A stretch of DNA of 64,000 nt from the NCBI GenBank assembly GCA_053919585.1, contig CM132790.1; one strand, 5' to 3'. This document shows, in pieces, positions 50,421 through 62,589 of this stretch. The notes below the pieces were generated by a model. That model saw only the letters and a list, made by a program, of their open reading frames with translations, searched no databases and was not told the DNA's origin. Source of the stretch: Euprymna scolopes. Its lineage: Eukaryota. Position 1 is the stretch's first letter. Every line of letters begins with the position of its first letter. A program made the position numbers and the translations under genes.

Positions 50421-50692
50421 GAAATGCGTTTGAAAGCCAAATTACAACACAATATTATGAGAATAAACAAATATTTAATTGTTTAAATTTAATATTACGG
50501 CGCTATATGCCATCTTCAGAATTGTATACATTTTTTCTTTTTTTTTCTTTGCTATGATGTTAAATTAAAAAAAAGAAAAAAATGTATAAAATTCTGAAGA
50601 TGGTGTATAGCGCCGAAATATTAATTTTAAATAATTAAATATTTGTTTATTTTCATAGTATTGCATTGTAATTTGGCTTTCAAATGTATTTC
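50421..50692. mobile_element. Inverted repeat (~125-bp arms) of a second Penelope-like family
   Basis: gaaatgcgtttgaaagccaaattacaa...ttgtaatttggctttcaaatgtatttc; hammerhead-like motif in each arm. Confidence 0.75.
50587..50629 (+). ncRNA. Minimal type-I hammerhead ribozyme motif (family 2)
   Basis: UAAAAUU-CUGAAGA-U-GGUG-uauag-CGCC-GAAA-UAUU-AAUUUUA, with a 7-bp stem I. Confidence 0.65.
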
Positions 50693-51316
50693 GCACATAT
50701 TTTATTTTAAAATTCAATCAACGCTTCTATCATGGAAAACAAAACCTTGACTTATTTAATGAGCAAAACTATCGGCAGAGAAAAAAAATTATTGGCTGCA
50801 TTCAAAGTGGTTAACAGACTAGTGCTGTACGATTAAGCTATTAATGGAACTTTGTCTTTTTTTAAAAGCAAATTATATTTGAAATATCTATGCCTATTTT
50901 CATACAGCAGTCTTATATACAGAGTTTATACAAGTTTATTTTTATATATTTACTATGGCTGTATATGGTCTTTTTATCCCCGATTCATGTGCACTTTTGT
51001 CATTGACTAACCAAGTGTGATGACTAATAGTTAAGAAGAAGGAAACATTTGTTACAGTTGTCAATTTCTTAATAACCTAGTGGCATTCAGTAGAGTGCAT
51101 ACTTCCGATCTCCCAACTTTCAGGTTCTTTTAATTCAATTAAATCTAATCTAGTGTCAACCATATAAATTACTTAAATTAAGCATGACTTTAATTATTTT
51201 TAAATATTTTTATTCATTACAGCCGTTTATATAACACTGTACTCATTAAATGCCTGTTATGGAAAATGAAATCAGTTTCTACAAACTTTTGTGGATATCT
51301 GTTCAAATAAACGAAG

Positions 51317-51662
51317 ATAATTTGTACCAGTCAATGGAGGGGAAACCCTCTATACTGGGACAATTATTATTTTTGGTAACCAGAGTGACCCCTTTTAGGG
51401 GAGCTGGTTTTTGCCTCACATTAAAAACGGCCTTGTGCCTAATTTGCTCAGTGGGGGAGCAAATAAACACCATCTGTTCCGGCAGATACTGCACTTAAAA
51501 TAATTTGTACCAGTCAATGGAGGGGAAACCCTCTATACTGGGACAATTATTATTTTTGGTAACCAGAGTGCCCCCTTTTTGGGGAGCTGGTTTTTACCTC
51601 ACATTAAAAACGGCCTTGTGCCTAATTTGCTCAGTGGGGGAGCAAATAAATACCATCTGTTC
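51317..51662. repeat. Tandem duplication, 183-bp period
   Basis: Copies start at 51317 and 51500 and differ at few positions. Confidence 0.97.
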
Positions 51663-52190
51663 AGTAGCTTTTGGGTAATTTTGTTAACCTACCAACGGAT
51701 CTTTTTTGAAAAAAATAACAAGAACACAAGCTAGTGGTGAGACTGCATACTTCCACCTGACTACGATGTAAGTATTACCCAGAATCTCATCGCTTCTTTA
51801 TATTGTATGAAGTATTCCTGAAGTTATCCCATAAAAAAACGTTGATTATTAAAAAAAATATATATCTGATTATACTAAAATTTTGCATAGTAGTTATTTT
51901 TATCCAAGGTCATCACATCCATATATCAATTTTAGAAAAATCGCAAACTGAAATTCCATCAAAATTTCAGCCCTGATGAAACTTTTCAAAGGCAATATCA
52001 AATAAATTGTGCTACTTCATTGGCTACAATATAGACCAAGTAGTGAGCCACTATGATGAATAAAACCAAAGTTATCATTTAACCTTTGACATAGAACTGA
52101 TTTAATTCTCCAATATCTAACTCATAATCTGACCGATATTTTAACCAAGATTTGTAACAATTGACCAATTGATGTAAATGCTAAGCTACA

Positions 52191-52644
52191 GGTACTTGTA
52201 CAGTTTAATCAAGATATTAAGAAAATGAAAATATCGAAAAAGGGTTATATTGTACGTATCCGTTTTGGACTGAAGATCTCTGAAAAATAAATTTATTTAG
52301 TTTGATCGAGTAGTTTTTTTTTGTTTGTTTTTTTACAGTGGAAAAACGCGTTGAAGTCAGCCATTTTGGAAATTTTTAACACGCCACGGGGAGGTAACTC
52401 CAGTTAAAGCGCCAAGACTCCCTTCCTATAATAATAGCTTTTCTTCCTAAAAAATCAAACCTTTTGCTCGGTATCATAAATTGTTTTTTCGCTGTAAAAA
52501 AAAAAAAAACTTCTTCATAAAATTAAGTGAAATTTTTTTTTCCGGAGAACTTTGTTCCATAACGGATACATACAATATGACCTTTTTTTTTTTTTTTTTT
52601 TTTTTTTTTCACTTTTTAATGATTGATTAAACTGTACAAGTACC
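52191..52644. mobile_element. Merlin-like MITE (GGTAC termini, 8-bp TSD aagctaca)
   Basis: ggtacttgtacagtttaatcaa...ttgattaaactgtacaagtacc; TSD at 52183-52190 and 52645-52652; second copy at 58828. Confidence 0.88.
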
Positions 52645-53229
52645 AAGCTACATAACTATAGTAACAAACTCGACTGAAAACACAACCTTCCTGGTGGGGG
52701 CAGTAATTGATTTTACTAATAGATGCACAGAATAATTTTCATTTGATGTCTTAAGAATAAAAATAACTGATATCTCAAACCGAAACCATCTTATAAGAAG
52801 AACTTGAATAGAGATCCACCCAAGGAAATTTTAATGTGGAAAACATCACATAAAAATAAAGTCATTATGTGGTACCGTTTTGAAATACACACTCTTGTAC
52901 TACTTCAAATTGGATTAGTTGCAGGATCTCAACAAATTAAAAAGAGACGAATCCCAATTGAGTTTTTCGAACTGAACTAAAAAATGGAAATTTTACTCCT
53001 TTCAAATGAAGAATGTGGCATGTGTGTGGTCAGGGATCCTATTACCCACTACCTTGTTCTTGTACCAGTCTATATATTTTGTGAACTGATAGGTTGGATA
53101 AGTATTCTAGGGGAAACTCGGGTTTTATCTACTTACTTTTTAAGAGGAAGTTGTCATAATTTTAACGTTCAAGATGATACACAATTGTAAGATATATCTT
53201 AGTAGTACCATACTTTCGGAGTTAAGTGA

Positions 53230-53720
53230 AGGCATCATTATCTAGCTGTGATAGCATCACAGATCTTCTCGACTTTCTTGCTCTATCTCCTATCACATCT
53301 GCTGGGTCTTTATATGTGCATTCTGACTTCTCTGTTAGTTGACTGACCCAAGTTCTGTGTGATATTCTCCCACTGAACTACTTCTATGTTGGCATTCTCA
53401 AATGAACATCACTGATGGTTTCATCCTTTGCCCACCAGCAGTGACCAGCAGATATGCTTCATTTAATCAAGTGCTGAAATCTGAGGAAGTTGCTCCATTC
53501 TATTAATATAATGCTTCCTCAGAAGATATTAGCATGTTTCTTCTTTTGATAAGTGGAGGTTTTACTACCATATACAAATCACATTTAACCTTGGTAAGAC
53601 GATTTGACTTTCCGATTGCTTTCATTTTGCCCAGCCTAGGCCGTGCTGATTCACACAATTTAGTCCACTTTCTGTGCAAGTTTGATTTTTCAATTTTACT
53701 GCCAAGATAAGTAAAATCAT
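53230..53720 (-). mobile_element. Very decayed RTE-like LINE 3' end
   Basis: Weak recalled similarity to RTE 3' ends; minus-strand DFTYLGS motif near 53700. Confidence 0.4.
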
Positions 53721-54199
53721 TTTTTTTTTTTTTTTAATTTCGACAAATTCCATTTAGAGAAGTATTTTCATTTTCGTTCATTAGAATGTGCTGTTTGGTT
53801 TGTATTCACAAAAATTCCAGTGCAATTCGCCATTTCTCTTGAAACTATAAGGTTATATCTCGTCTAAATAAAATATTATAAAGGATTTCTTTCACCTCCA
53901 CTCCTCTCTTTGTATCTGTTTTGATCGATAACCCCATCTATTGTGCATGGTTATTAAGCATTTGTATTTTGTAGATGATGTTATCCTTTAGTGACATTAT
54001 CACAAAATTCTTTTTATGATATTCGTTGTGCACGAAAACAAACAAGATAACGAAACCCACATATTTTGTATGTGTATAATATATATATATATATAAACAC
54101 AGCTGTCAAGTATTTGGTAACTGCATGTGGACGGTTTTAGTAGTATATAGTTTGTAGGACAATGAAGATAGATGAGAACTCTGATGTGGAGAAAGTATA

Positions 54200-54700
54200 T
54201 ATGGATGGCAAAGCTTTTAAGGTTGTTCAAAAGTTATCTTAATATGGTAACTATAGTAGACCACGGGATGAACCTTTTGCTGGTGTAATTGCAAGAGTTA
54301 GGAGTAGATGTAGTAAGTTCAGAGAACTTCTGCCATTACTAACCAGCAGAGCGTTACCATTGTTGACCAAGAGGGAAAAATAACTATCAGGTATGTGTCT
54401 GCAGATGGATATATGGAAGTGAAATCTGGATAGTGTTGTTTGATATGAATTTAAAAGATAGGCTTGGATCTGATGACCTCAGAGGATTAAATTTGGACAG
54501 TATGAGATGTATGCAGAACAGAACGATTGGATAATATCACCATAAAAGCATGGATGAGACTTCCTGGATTAGATGTAGAGCAGTTGAGGTAGTAGGGTCA
54601 GTTTGTGCAGGAAGGCCAAGACAAACAAAAAAATTAACAAGGATGGATTTGAGAAATAAAGACCTGGATAGAGATAACTCAGTTTTGGAATAAATTTCTA
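54200..54700 (+). mobile_element. RTE LINE remnant
   Basis: KFRELLPLLTSRALPLLTK..YGSE.W..DRLGSDDLR; similar to 40085-40380. Confidence 0.7.
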
Positions 54701-54721
54701 AAAGCCATCCAACATAAAAAA

Positions 54722-55185
54722 TTTTTTTTTTACATGGAGGTCACCACTTATCAAGGCTCAGAAGCCACTCGGGGATAAGGGCTATTGCGTGTACAGTAGT
54801 CAATGGGATAATATCGTAGTAATCGTTAGTAATGGAGATTTGATAAAGTGTCTTACTTAAGGGGTTTATCAGGAATTTGTTTATGTTGGACTTGAAGACA
54901 TCCAAGTTGTAGTCAGGTGGGAAACCGGCAAACAGAAGAGTTCCACAGTTATGCACTTCTGAGAAAGAAGCTCTGCTCATGGAATCTACGTTTGGAATTA
55001 GGCACAGATAAAGAATGGAAAATTATTGACAGTGGTTTCAGCTAGACGGGTATTTTTCGCGAAAGATTGGCAAGGGGGGGACCAGAGATTGGAGCTCAGA
55101 CGAGCACTTGCCATGGAAATAACGATAAAACAAAGACAGGCTCGCAACGTCTCTTCTGTGTGAGAGAGAGATTGCAGGGAACAGA
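54722..55185 (-). mobile_element. CR1-group LINE family A 3' fragment with poly(A)
   Basis: Reverse-complement homology to 33445-33910. Confidence 0.88.
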
Positions 55186-56086
55186 AGAGAATGAAAATGA
55201 TGTTAAACCGAATAATCGATTAATTACAAGGTATTTTATTGGTTAGTTTAATCGTATAACAGGGAAAGGATTCGAGTGTACATTTCAGGTGAGGATTAGC
55301 CTTTAGTAAAATACTAGTTGAGGTACCTGAGGATGATGGAGGCAGAATATCGCTAGAAGCAGCTCTTTGCAGCTTTTATTTATGAAAAACCATTTGTCGT
55401 ACTGACAATGAGATTAAAAAAAGTCAAGTTCATATTCATAATAGAATAACATATCTAATATACTTTAGCATGCCTATACAATCAACGTCTGAAAGTTAAT
55501 TAATGATGGTTTATTTTGTAAAACAAAATGTAAATTAAGTATTTTTATTTCGTCATTACTCACAGTTCCATTTACAAATATTTATTTAATACATTTTTTA
55601 TCGCATTTATTGCTTTTCCTTTCAAACTATGAGTTAAATAGCATCACTGATTGTCGTGATATTCCCTTTTTTAAACTGGACTATTCCAATCTTTTATCTT
55701 TTCCTTTATTATCTTTAACTTATTTTAAACAAAGAGACAGAATAGACTAGATGGGAGACACACAGCATAGAGAGCTTGAGAAATGATAGCAAGTTAGTAA
55801 GAGATGGGTGTCTTTAGCTATTTGCTATTTACAGATAATTAAAACAATTAAAATGGAAGGTTTTTTAAAACCTAATTAAATACTAAAACCGAGGAGTATT
55901 TTACAATATTTTGTGCGATTAAAATTTATAGGAAAAGGCCTTAGATGAAACAAACGTTGATTTACTCAGATTTAGTATAATAGATATGTGTATGTACTGG
56001 GCACTCTAAAACCATAAGGTTAGTTAATATAAATTTGTATCGGATCATTTCTTTCTGTTTCTATTACATTCTTGTTTTATAATAGA

Positions 56087-56300
56087 CTAGCATGCCGCCC
56101 GGCGTTGCCCGGTCGTAAAATACATTTGCATATATTTTAATTCATGCCGATTTCATATTTATTATTATATTGTACCCAATATATAGTGGTGATTTCCAAA
56201 TCGAAACCAAAGCATTTCGCTATCAGATAAGTATTGTATTTAAACATTAGTTACGACATTGAATCTAACGATTCTTAGCGGTAAAAATCGGTATGTATAA
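56087..56300 (-). mobile_element. Helitron-like 3' end
   Basis: ctagcatgccgcccggcgttgcccgg. Confidence 0.6.
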
Positions 56301-56309
56301 ATATACATA

Positions 56310-56535
56310 CTGTATATTTCAGCGTATAAGGCGACCGTTAAATAAGACGAGGTACAAAATTGGAGCAAATTTTAATAAAGTTATCACATATCGGTTGTAT
56401 TAGACGACTGCTAAATCACGAAACCATGTTTGTTTAGCCTCGGTTGAGATTGCAACACCTGGTATATTATGAAATATTGTTTTTTAAAGATGATTTTTTA
56501 ACTTAAAGGGTCGTCTTATACGCCGAAATATACGG
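56310..56535. mobile_element. pogo/Tc1-mariner-type MITE, TA TSD
   Basis: TA|ctgtatatttcagcgtataaggcgacc...ggtcgtcttatacgccgaaatatacgg|TA. Confidence 0.85.
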
Positions 56536-56544
56536 TATATATAT

Positions 56545-58819
56545 TAGTGATGGGACGATTCCAAAATTTTTCCCGATTCCGATAACAATTTACGATTCAG
56601 ATTCTTTTTAAATTTCTAAATATTTAATTGGATTTTTTTTTTTTTTTTTTTTTTTTGCTGTAAAACCTCCGTGTTATTTTCGCAAACATACAAAATACAC
56701 TTAAGGGGTGGGGGCGCATATTACATGAATAGATCTTTTAAATATATATTTTTTCTCAAATCTTTTCGTTGTAACTGATTGAAAATAGTGAAACAACTAA
56801 AACATTTCTTTATTTAACCAAAGGCGATATGTGCTTGTTAGCTGACAAAATGCTATTTGAATGTTTTCATAAACCCTTGAAAATAGTTGACGACTGCAAA
56901 ATAAGACGGTGTAGGAACAGAAAAGTTAACATGTTAAGAATGAGTTTCTAATTAATATGGTTACTATTGAGGAAAGCATTCTTAAACCAAGAAGAATGCA
57001 ACGGAGATGAATTGTTAACTATTCTATTCGTTCTCTCTACTAAAGAATGTTCATGTTTTTATCCTAAATTATAAAGATTTGGTTGGTTATTGCTACTGTC
57101 GATATCACAAATACGTTGTAGATTGACTTGTTTTAATGCAAAAAGAAACAGATAATGGAAATACCTCGATTACTAATGTCAAGTTTGTAGATTAACACCC
57201 TCAGATCCAAATTAGATTTTCTTTTATTTTTAGGTTAAACCTTGAAAAACTTTGGCGGAAAGAAAAAAAAAAAAAGAAAACAACAATAATTTTAGAATTT
57301 CGACAGGCAGTTAAATTTCGTATATGAAGTTAATGGAAAATGATCATCATTCTAATTTGTAGGGATATTATTCACTAAATATTTAGCACTAACTCTAAGT
57401 TTGACTGGCAAAGTCATAACTTCTAAAAACTCACAAAATTTATCCATGAGAGAAAATTAATACGTTTTAGTTAGCTGCTCTAAAATACTACAATGTCTCT
57501 GAAATGAAACTCAATTTACGTTAAATTGATATGTGAAGCAGATCCTCCCTCCTAAATTTTAAATAATTGACTTTTTTGTTGTTTTTCTTTCCACCAAGTT
57601 TTTCAGGAAGTTAACATGTAATCGCTTAAAAGGGTTGAATCTCGTTTAAATTTGGAGGAGTGCTTNNNNNNNNNNNNNNNNNNNNNNNNNNNNNNNNNNN
57701 NNNNNNNNNNNNNNNNNNNNNNNNNNNNNNNNNNNNNNNNNNNNNNNNNNNNNNNNNNNNNNNNNNNNNNNNNNNNNNNNNNNNNNNNNNNNNNGAATCT
57801 ATTTAATTTTTACAAAGATTCATTAAAATATAAGTTTAAATGTGAAAAATAATCAAGGAAATGTTAGTAATTAGTTTTTAATTCATAAAACGCAATTTAA
57901 ATGTCTTTAGAATAATATTTAAAAATACACCAACATTTGGCAAATTTTCAGTTTCATGTAGGTCTAGTCCATGGAACATTTCTGTGACAAATAAATTATC
58001 CATAGGTTTTAATAAAGCAAGAATTATTTTTTATTACGAGTCTCGATTTTATGGTTTTCTATATTCATCTTAAACAATCTTAATTAATTTTGTTTTCCAT
58101 CTGTATGGACATGATGGGGAGATGAATCTGCCTTAAGGCTGAAAACGGTGGATTACTTCGACTGCCTAAGGCGCCACAAGAATTCCCAAGTTAAATATAA
58201 GTAATACAAGTAGAATCAAAGAAGAATTGACGCCAAACGTTATTTTACACGAAAGTGTGAAAATTCACAAATTGATTCATTCAGTTCAGAATCTTTTCTC
58301 CTACGTTTCGACCCCCTTTCCTGTAATATTTGCAAATGTTAGATGAGGGATCGGACAAAAGTCAACTTGACAAAAGCTGAGAGCATAAAATAAATAGTTA
58401 AAAAGATTTAAAAACACTTTCTATATTTTACTTTTTATTTATTTATCACTGTTTGATAACATTTTTTTTTTAAACAAAACTGTTTTATTGGACTTTTAAA
58501 CAATTTTTTCTAACAAATATGTAAATAAACTGCATTCTTCTAAATTGTACCTAGCGAATTTATGTAAAGTTTCAATTTTTGTTTTGTTTTATGAAAATAA
58601 AATACATTTACATCGTATTTTTATGTTATTATGAGCTATAGTTTAAAAAACAGTAAATGTTTATCAGCAATGGAAACTTAAGTTTTCAAAAAATGCAAAG
58701 AATTGTTTTTGGAATCCGCAATTGGACTTTTCTTTTTTTTTTTTTTCGATTCCGATACTTCCAAAAGTTCTAATTTTTCCGATTCTCGATACCGATTCTG
58801 ATTAATCGTTCCAACACTA
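56545..58819. mobile_element. Non-autonomous hAT element spanning the assembly gap
   Basis: TIRs tagtgatgggacgatt / aatcgttccaacacta; subterminal ccgatt repeats; atatatat on both flanks. Confidence 0.75.
57666..57794. other. Assembly gap (129 N)
   Basis: Run of N characters. Confidence 1.
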
Positions 58820-58827
58820 ATATATAT

Positions 58828-59143
58828 GGTACTTGTACAGTTTAATCAAGACATTAAAAAATGAAAATATCGAAAAAAGGTTGTATTGTACGTATCCGTT
58901 TTGGACTGAAGATCTCCGAAAAAAATGTAATTTAATTTGATCGAGTATTTTTTTTTTTTTTTACAGTGGAAAAACACGTTTTTATGAGAGCGTGTTGAAG
59001 TCGGCCATTATGGAATTTGTTGAACACACCTCGGGGAGATAACTCCATTTAAAGCGCCGATACTCCCTCCCCATCTTTATTACTAGCTTTTTTTCCTAAA
59101 AATCGAACCTTTTGCCCGGTATTATAACAAATTGTTTTTTCGC

Positions 59144-59183
<40 letters not shown>

Positions 59184-59306
59184 AATTGATGAAATAAAGT
59201 GATTTTTTTCGGGAGAACTTCGTTCCATAACGGATACGTGCAATATAACCTTTTTTTTTTTTTCGATATTTTCATTTTTTAATGTCTTGATTAAATTGTA
59301 CAAGTA

Positions 59307-59308
<2 letters not shown>
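58828..59308. mobile_element. Merlin-like MITE, second copy
   Basis: Homologous to 52191-52644; atatatat flanks. Confidence 0.88.
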
Positions 59309-59371
<63 letters not shown>

Positions 59372-59439
59372 ATTCAAGCAAGCAAGAACGCCCGTACAGT
59401 CTACAGAGTTTTATAATTATTAAGGTATATATTTTAGGT

Positions 59440-60727
59440 GGTGCCCGGAAAACTCGTACCCGGAAAAATCCCCCCCCCCTTTTTGCTAGGTAGGAAAACT
59501 GGTCCCTTATTGAATAAATATCGATTGAAAACACATTTTATTACCGTTCTTGAAGGAGATATTGTTTTTAAAAGAGACTATGCACCCCCATAATATTTTT
59601 TTAAATTATTTTTAACTCTTGCTTAAAAAAAAAAAACTTGATCACGGAGTCAAGATACGAAAAACGAAACCAAATATTTATTTTTAAAAAATACTCTAGT
59701 TTTAACACTTTTTGTGTCATTACGAAAAAAAAATAAAGAAAACAAGTATTATCAAAGAAAAGAAAGCAATTATTTTATTTAGAAGAATTAATTCAGTTTA
59801 AATAATTATTGTGTTATTACAAAACAACAAAAAAGAAAACACGGTCTTGTGTAATTTTGGTACCGCGCTGAAATAATAACGTTATTATTTCGAAAGCCAT
59901 TCTTAACATGGAGAGGAGAGGGTATCGTTTAAGTCATTTCTGAGGCACTTGTGCAATACTTAAAAATATACAAATTTATTTTCTTTTGGAGGTGGGGGAT
60001 GCTCGTTTTAAAACTATATCTACCTCATTATTTTCTTTAATTTTCGGACATTTTTTTGTTAAAAATTATTTACTAAGTAATGTCGAGTGCGACATTACTT
60101 GTTATTTCTTTTTAACTAAATAAACTCTTTAAAATAAGTTTAAACACCAAAAACTTACAAAGCTAGGTAGAAAACAAAAACTTAGAAAAATCAATTTAAT
60201 TTTTTTAAAACAATAAACATGTAAAATATTTTTTTAAATATTATGGGATATGCATTATTACCTAAAAATATACAAATGTATTTTCTTTTGGAGGGCGCCC
60301 GTTTTAAAACTATATCTACCTCTTTAATTTTCTATTTTTGAACAATTATCGAGACTCCTAAGAGGTGATCCTCTTATGTCGGACATTTTTTGTTCATAAG
60401 TAACACTCGACATTACTGTTTTTTTTTTTTAACTACATAAACTCTTTAAAATAAGTTGAAACACCAAAAGCTAGGTAGAAAACGAAAACTTAGAAACATT
60501 AATTTAATTTTTTTAAAACAGTAAATAAGTAAAAGTATTTTTTAAATATTATGGGATGTGTATTCTCTTTTAAAGACAATATCTTCTTCAATAACCGTCA
60601 TAAAATGTGTTTTCAATCGATATTTATTCAATAAGGGACCAGTTTTCCTACCTAGCGAAAGGGGACGAGTTTTCCGGGGTCGAATTTTCCGGGTACGAGT
60701 TTTCCGGAGATGAGTTCTCCTAAATTC
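59440..60727. mobile_element. MULE-like non-autonomous element with 9-bp TSD and long TIRs
   Basis: TSD attttaggt at 59431-59439 and 60728-60736; ~160-bp TIRs with ccggaaaactcg subrepeats; internal ~300-bp duplication. Confidence 0.8.
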
Positions 60728-61479
60728 ATTTTAGGTACCTAAGAGACACTATCGCGATTCAATCCATTGCTTATTTTAACATAGACTTAGGAAAATTTTA
60801 TTTCAAATTTAATTGTGACAAACTAACGAAAATGTTGTCCTGTTAAAGTTTTAACCGGAAGTTTGGCTGGTCTGTCATGCTTCAGTTTAAATAGAAATGC
60901 ACGCGTGAAAAAATATTAATTTTTCTTCTACCTACTCTACAATTGTAAACTTTTTTTTTAGGTCACAACCAGAAGTAAATAAGGTTTAACTGAACAGATG
61001 TCTCTATTCTTTGGTCATATTCTCGTTTCGGAGATAACACCTATTAGTGTCTAGAGTCGAGCGCGTAGGGTAAGGATTGCTGTGTGTGTGAGGGAATGCG
61101 GTTGGGGTTAGCTAGAGTTGCTTAATGGAAGTAATGATAGCTTTGTTTGCAACTAAAAAACCCGACACCCGCTGTTTTCAACATCTTGGTGAATCGGCTT
61201 ATTTTACTGAAACCATCAGTTTGTTTGTTTCCTATCAAAGCAGATCAGTGATAGCAAGCCTGCAAACATACTGAACGTCTTCATAACGTGGCATGAAATT
61301 TTGGGAATGATGATGTCGACCTTGTCAAAAATCTCAAAAACTATGCTCATTCACTATATGTTCTGACTTTGCACAAACAGGGACAACCATTTCTTTGCAA
61401 GTTTGGAAAATCACATAAATTAAAACGATTCTTCAAAAGAAGTTGAAACTCACTTTACCATCACAACGAAAAAAAAAAC

Positions 61480-61803
61480 AAACAAACAAAAACAAACCCC
61501 TTTTCTCCCACATGCCAGGTATCAGGCGAAATTTCCATGAACAGTTTTTTTTTTTCGCATTGGCTTCCCATCTGTGGAATGCATTGGCGTTATATTACTT
61601 TCATGAAGATTACAACATAGTTGTTTTCAAATACAATATCAGCAGATTCCTATAAAAAAAACATCTCCACTGATAACCAAACGTAATTTCGTTAACAAAC
61701 CTCAATCGTGGGGTTCTTCATCTGAACTATTAATAATTCCATCCCATTAACTCTAATCCTCGTGTGATATTTATAAATAGTGACCCATTAGTAAAAAAAA
61801 AAA
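61480..61803 (+). mobile_element. CR1-group LINE family A 3' remnant
   Basis: NFHEQFFF..ASHLWNAL..FHEDYN; poly(A). Confidence 0.7.
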
Positions 61804-62121
61804 TAGTTTCTCTTGTTAGCCCAAAGACGTGACTGACCAAAGTGCCATGATAGCACCTCTAAAAAAAAACGTGTAAAAGAAACAAGATAGTTTTCTTGGA
61901 AATTATATTAATAGGTGTTAAAATTGTATTAATACGTGTTAGGATTATATTAATGTGTGTTGATTTTAACATTAATATAATCTTATTTTAATCATGCATC
62001 GAATTTTTAGGCTAAGGTTTGGTACGAATGATTCTATTTATTTTTAGATTGACAGAAATCGTTTGTTGAATTCCAAGTATTCTACAGATTTTTAATAATT
62101 CAAATTACTAGTTTATTCTTG

Positions 62122-62237
62122 CTGTACGGCATAATCCCATTGGCCCACTTGTTCCTATTCGCTCACCAAAGTTAAATGACGTTCAGTTTTGTCAGTACGA
62201 AATGGGTGACCATTTGGGAATACCAGCTGCTGTATGT
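62122..62237 (+). pseudogene. Degenerate 5S rRNA-derived sequence (pseudogene or SINE3 head)
   Basis: tacggc..aagttaa..agtac..atgggtgacc..gggaatacc..gctgta is colinear with 5S rRNA over ~116 nt. Confidence 0.7.
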
Positions 62238-62589
62238 GCTCTCCGTTTATTTTAGTATTGTTTCCAATCGTACTGAACTTCTTGCCATTGGAATGAGGTA
62301 ATACCGACTTAGGGAAGGCGGGGTTGGGGATTTGGTAAGCCTTGCTTTACAATTACATGCATAGCTACGCTGAGGTTATCCAGTGTTTCTCGAAACTGAA
62401 AAAGTTTCATCGTGATTATTTTCACATAGACTGTAATACAGCACACGATCTGTGCTGATACCGACGAAACCACTTTCTGGAGATAATAGTGATGCGGATT
62501 AAAGCGCGTTTAAATTCAGCCAGACTTTTGTATTCAGTGACAATATTATTTGTGAGTAAAATAGTAACTTGTTTTTCTATTTAAATTAT

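Noticed and set aside
62122-62237. Functional 5S rRNA gene
   Set aside because: Too diverged, solitary, and internal control boxes are altered
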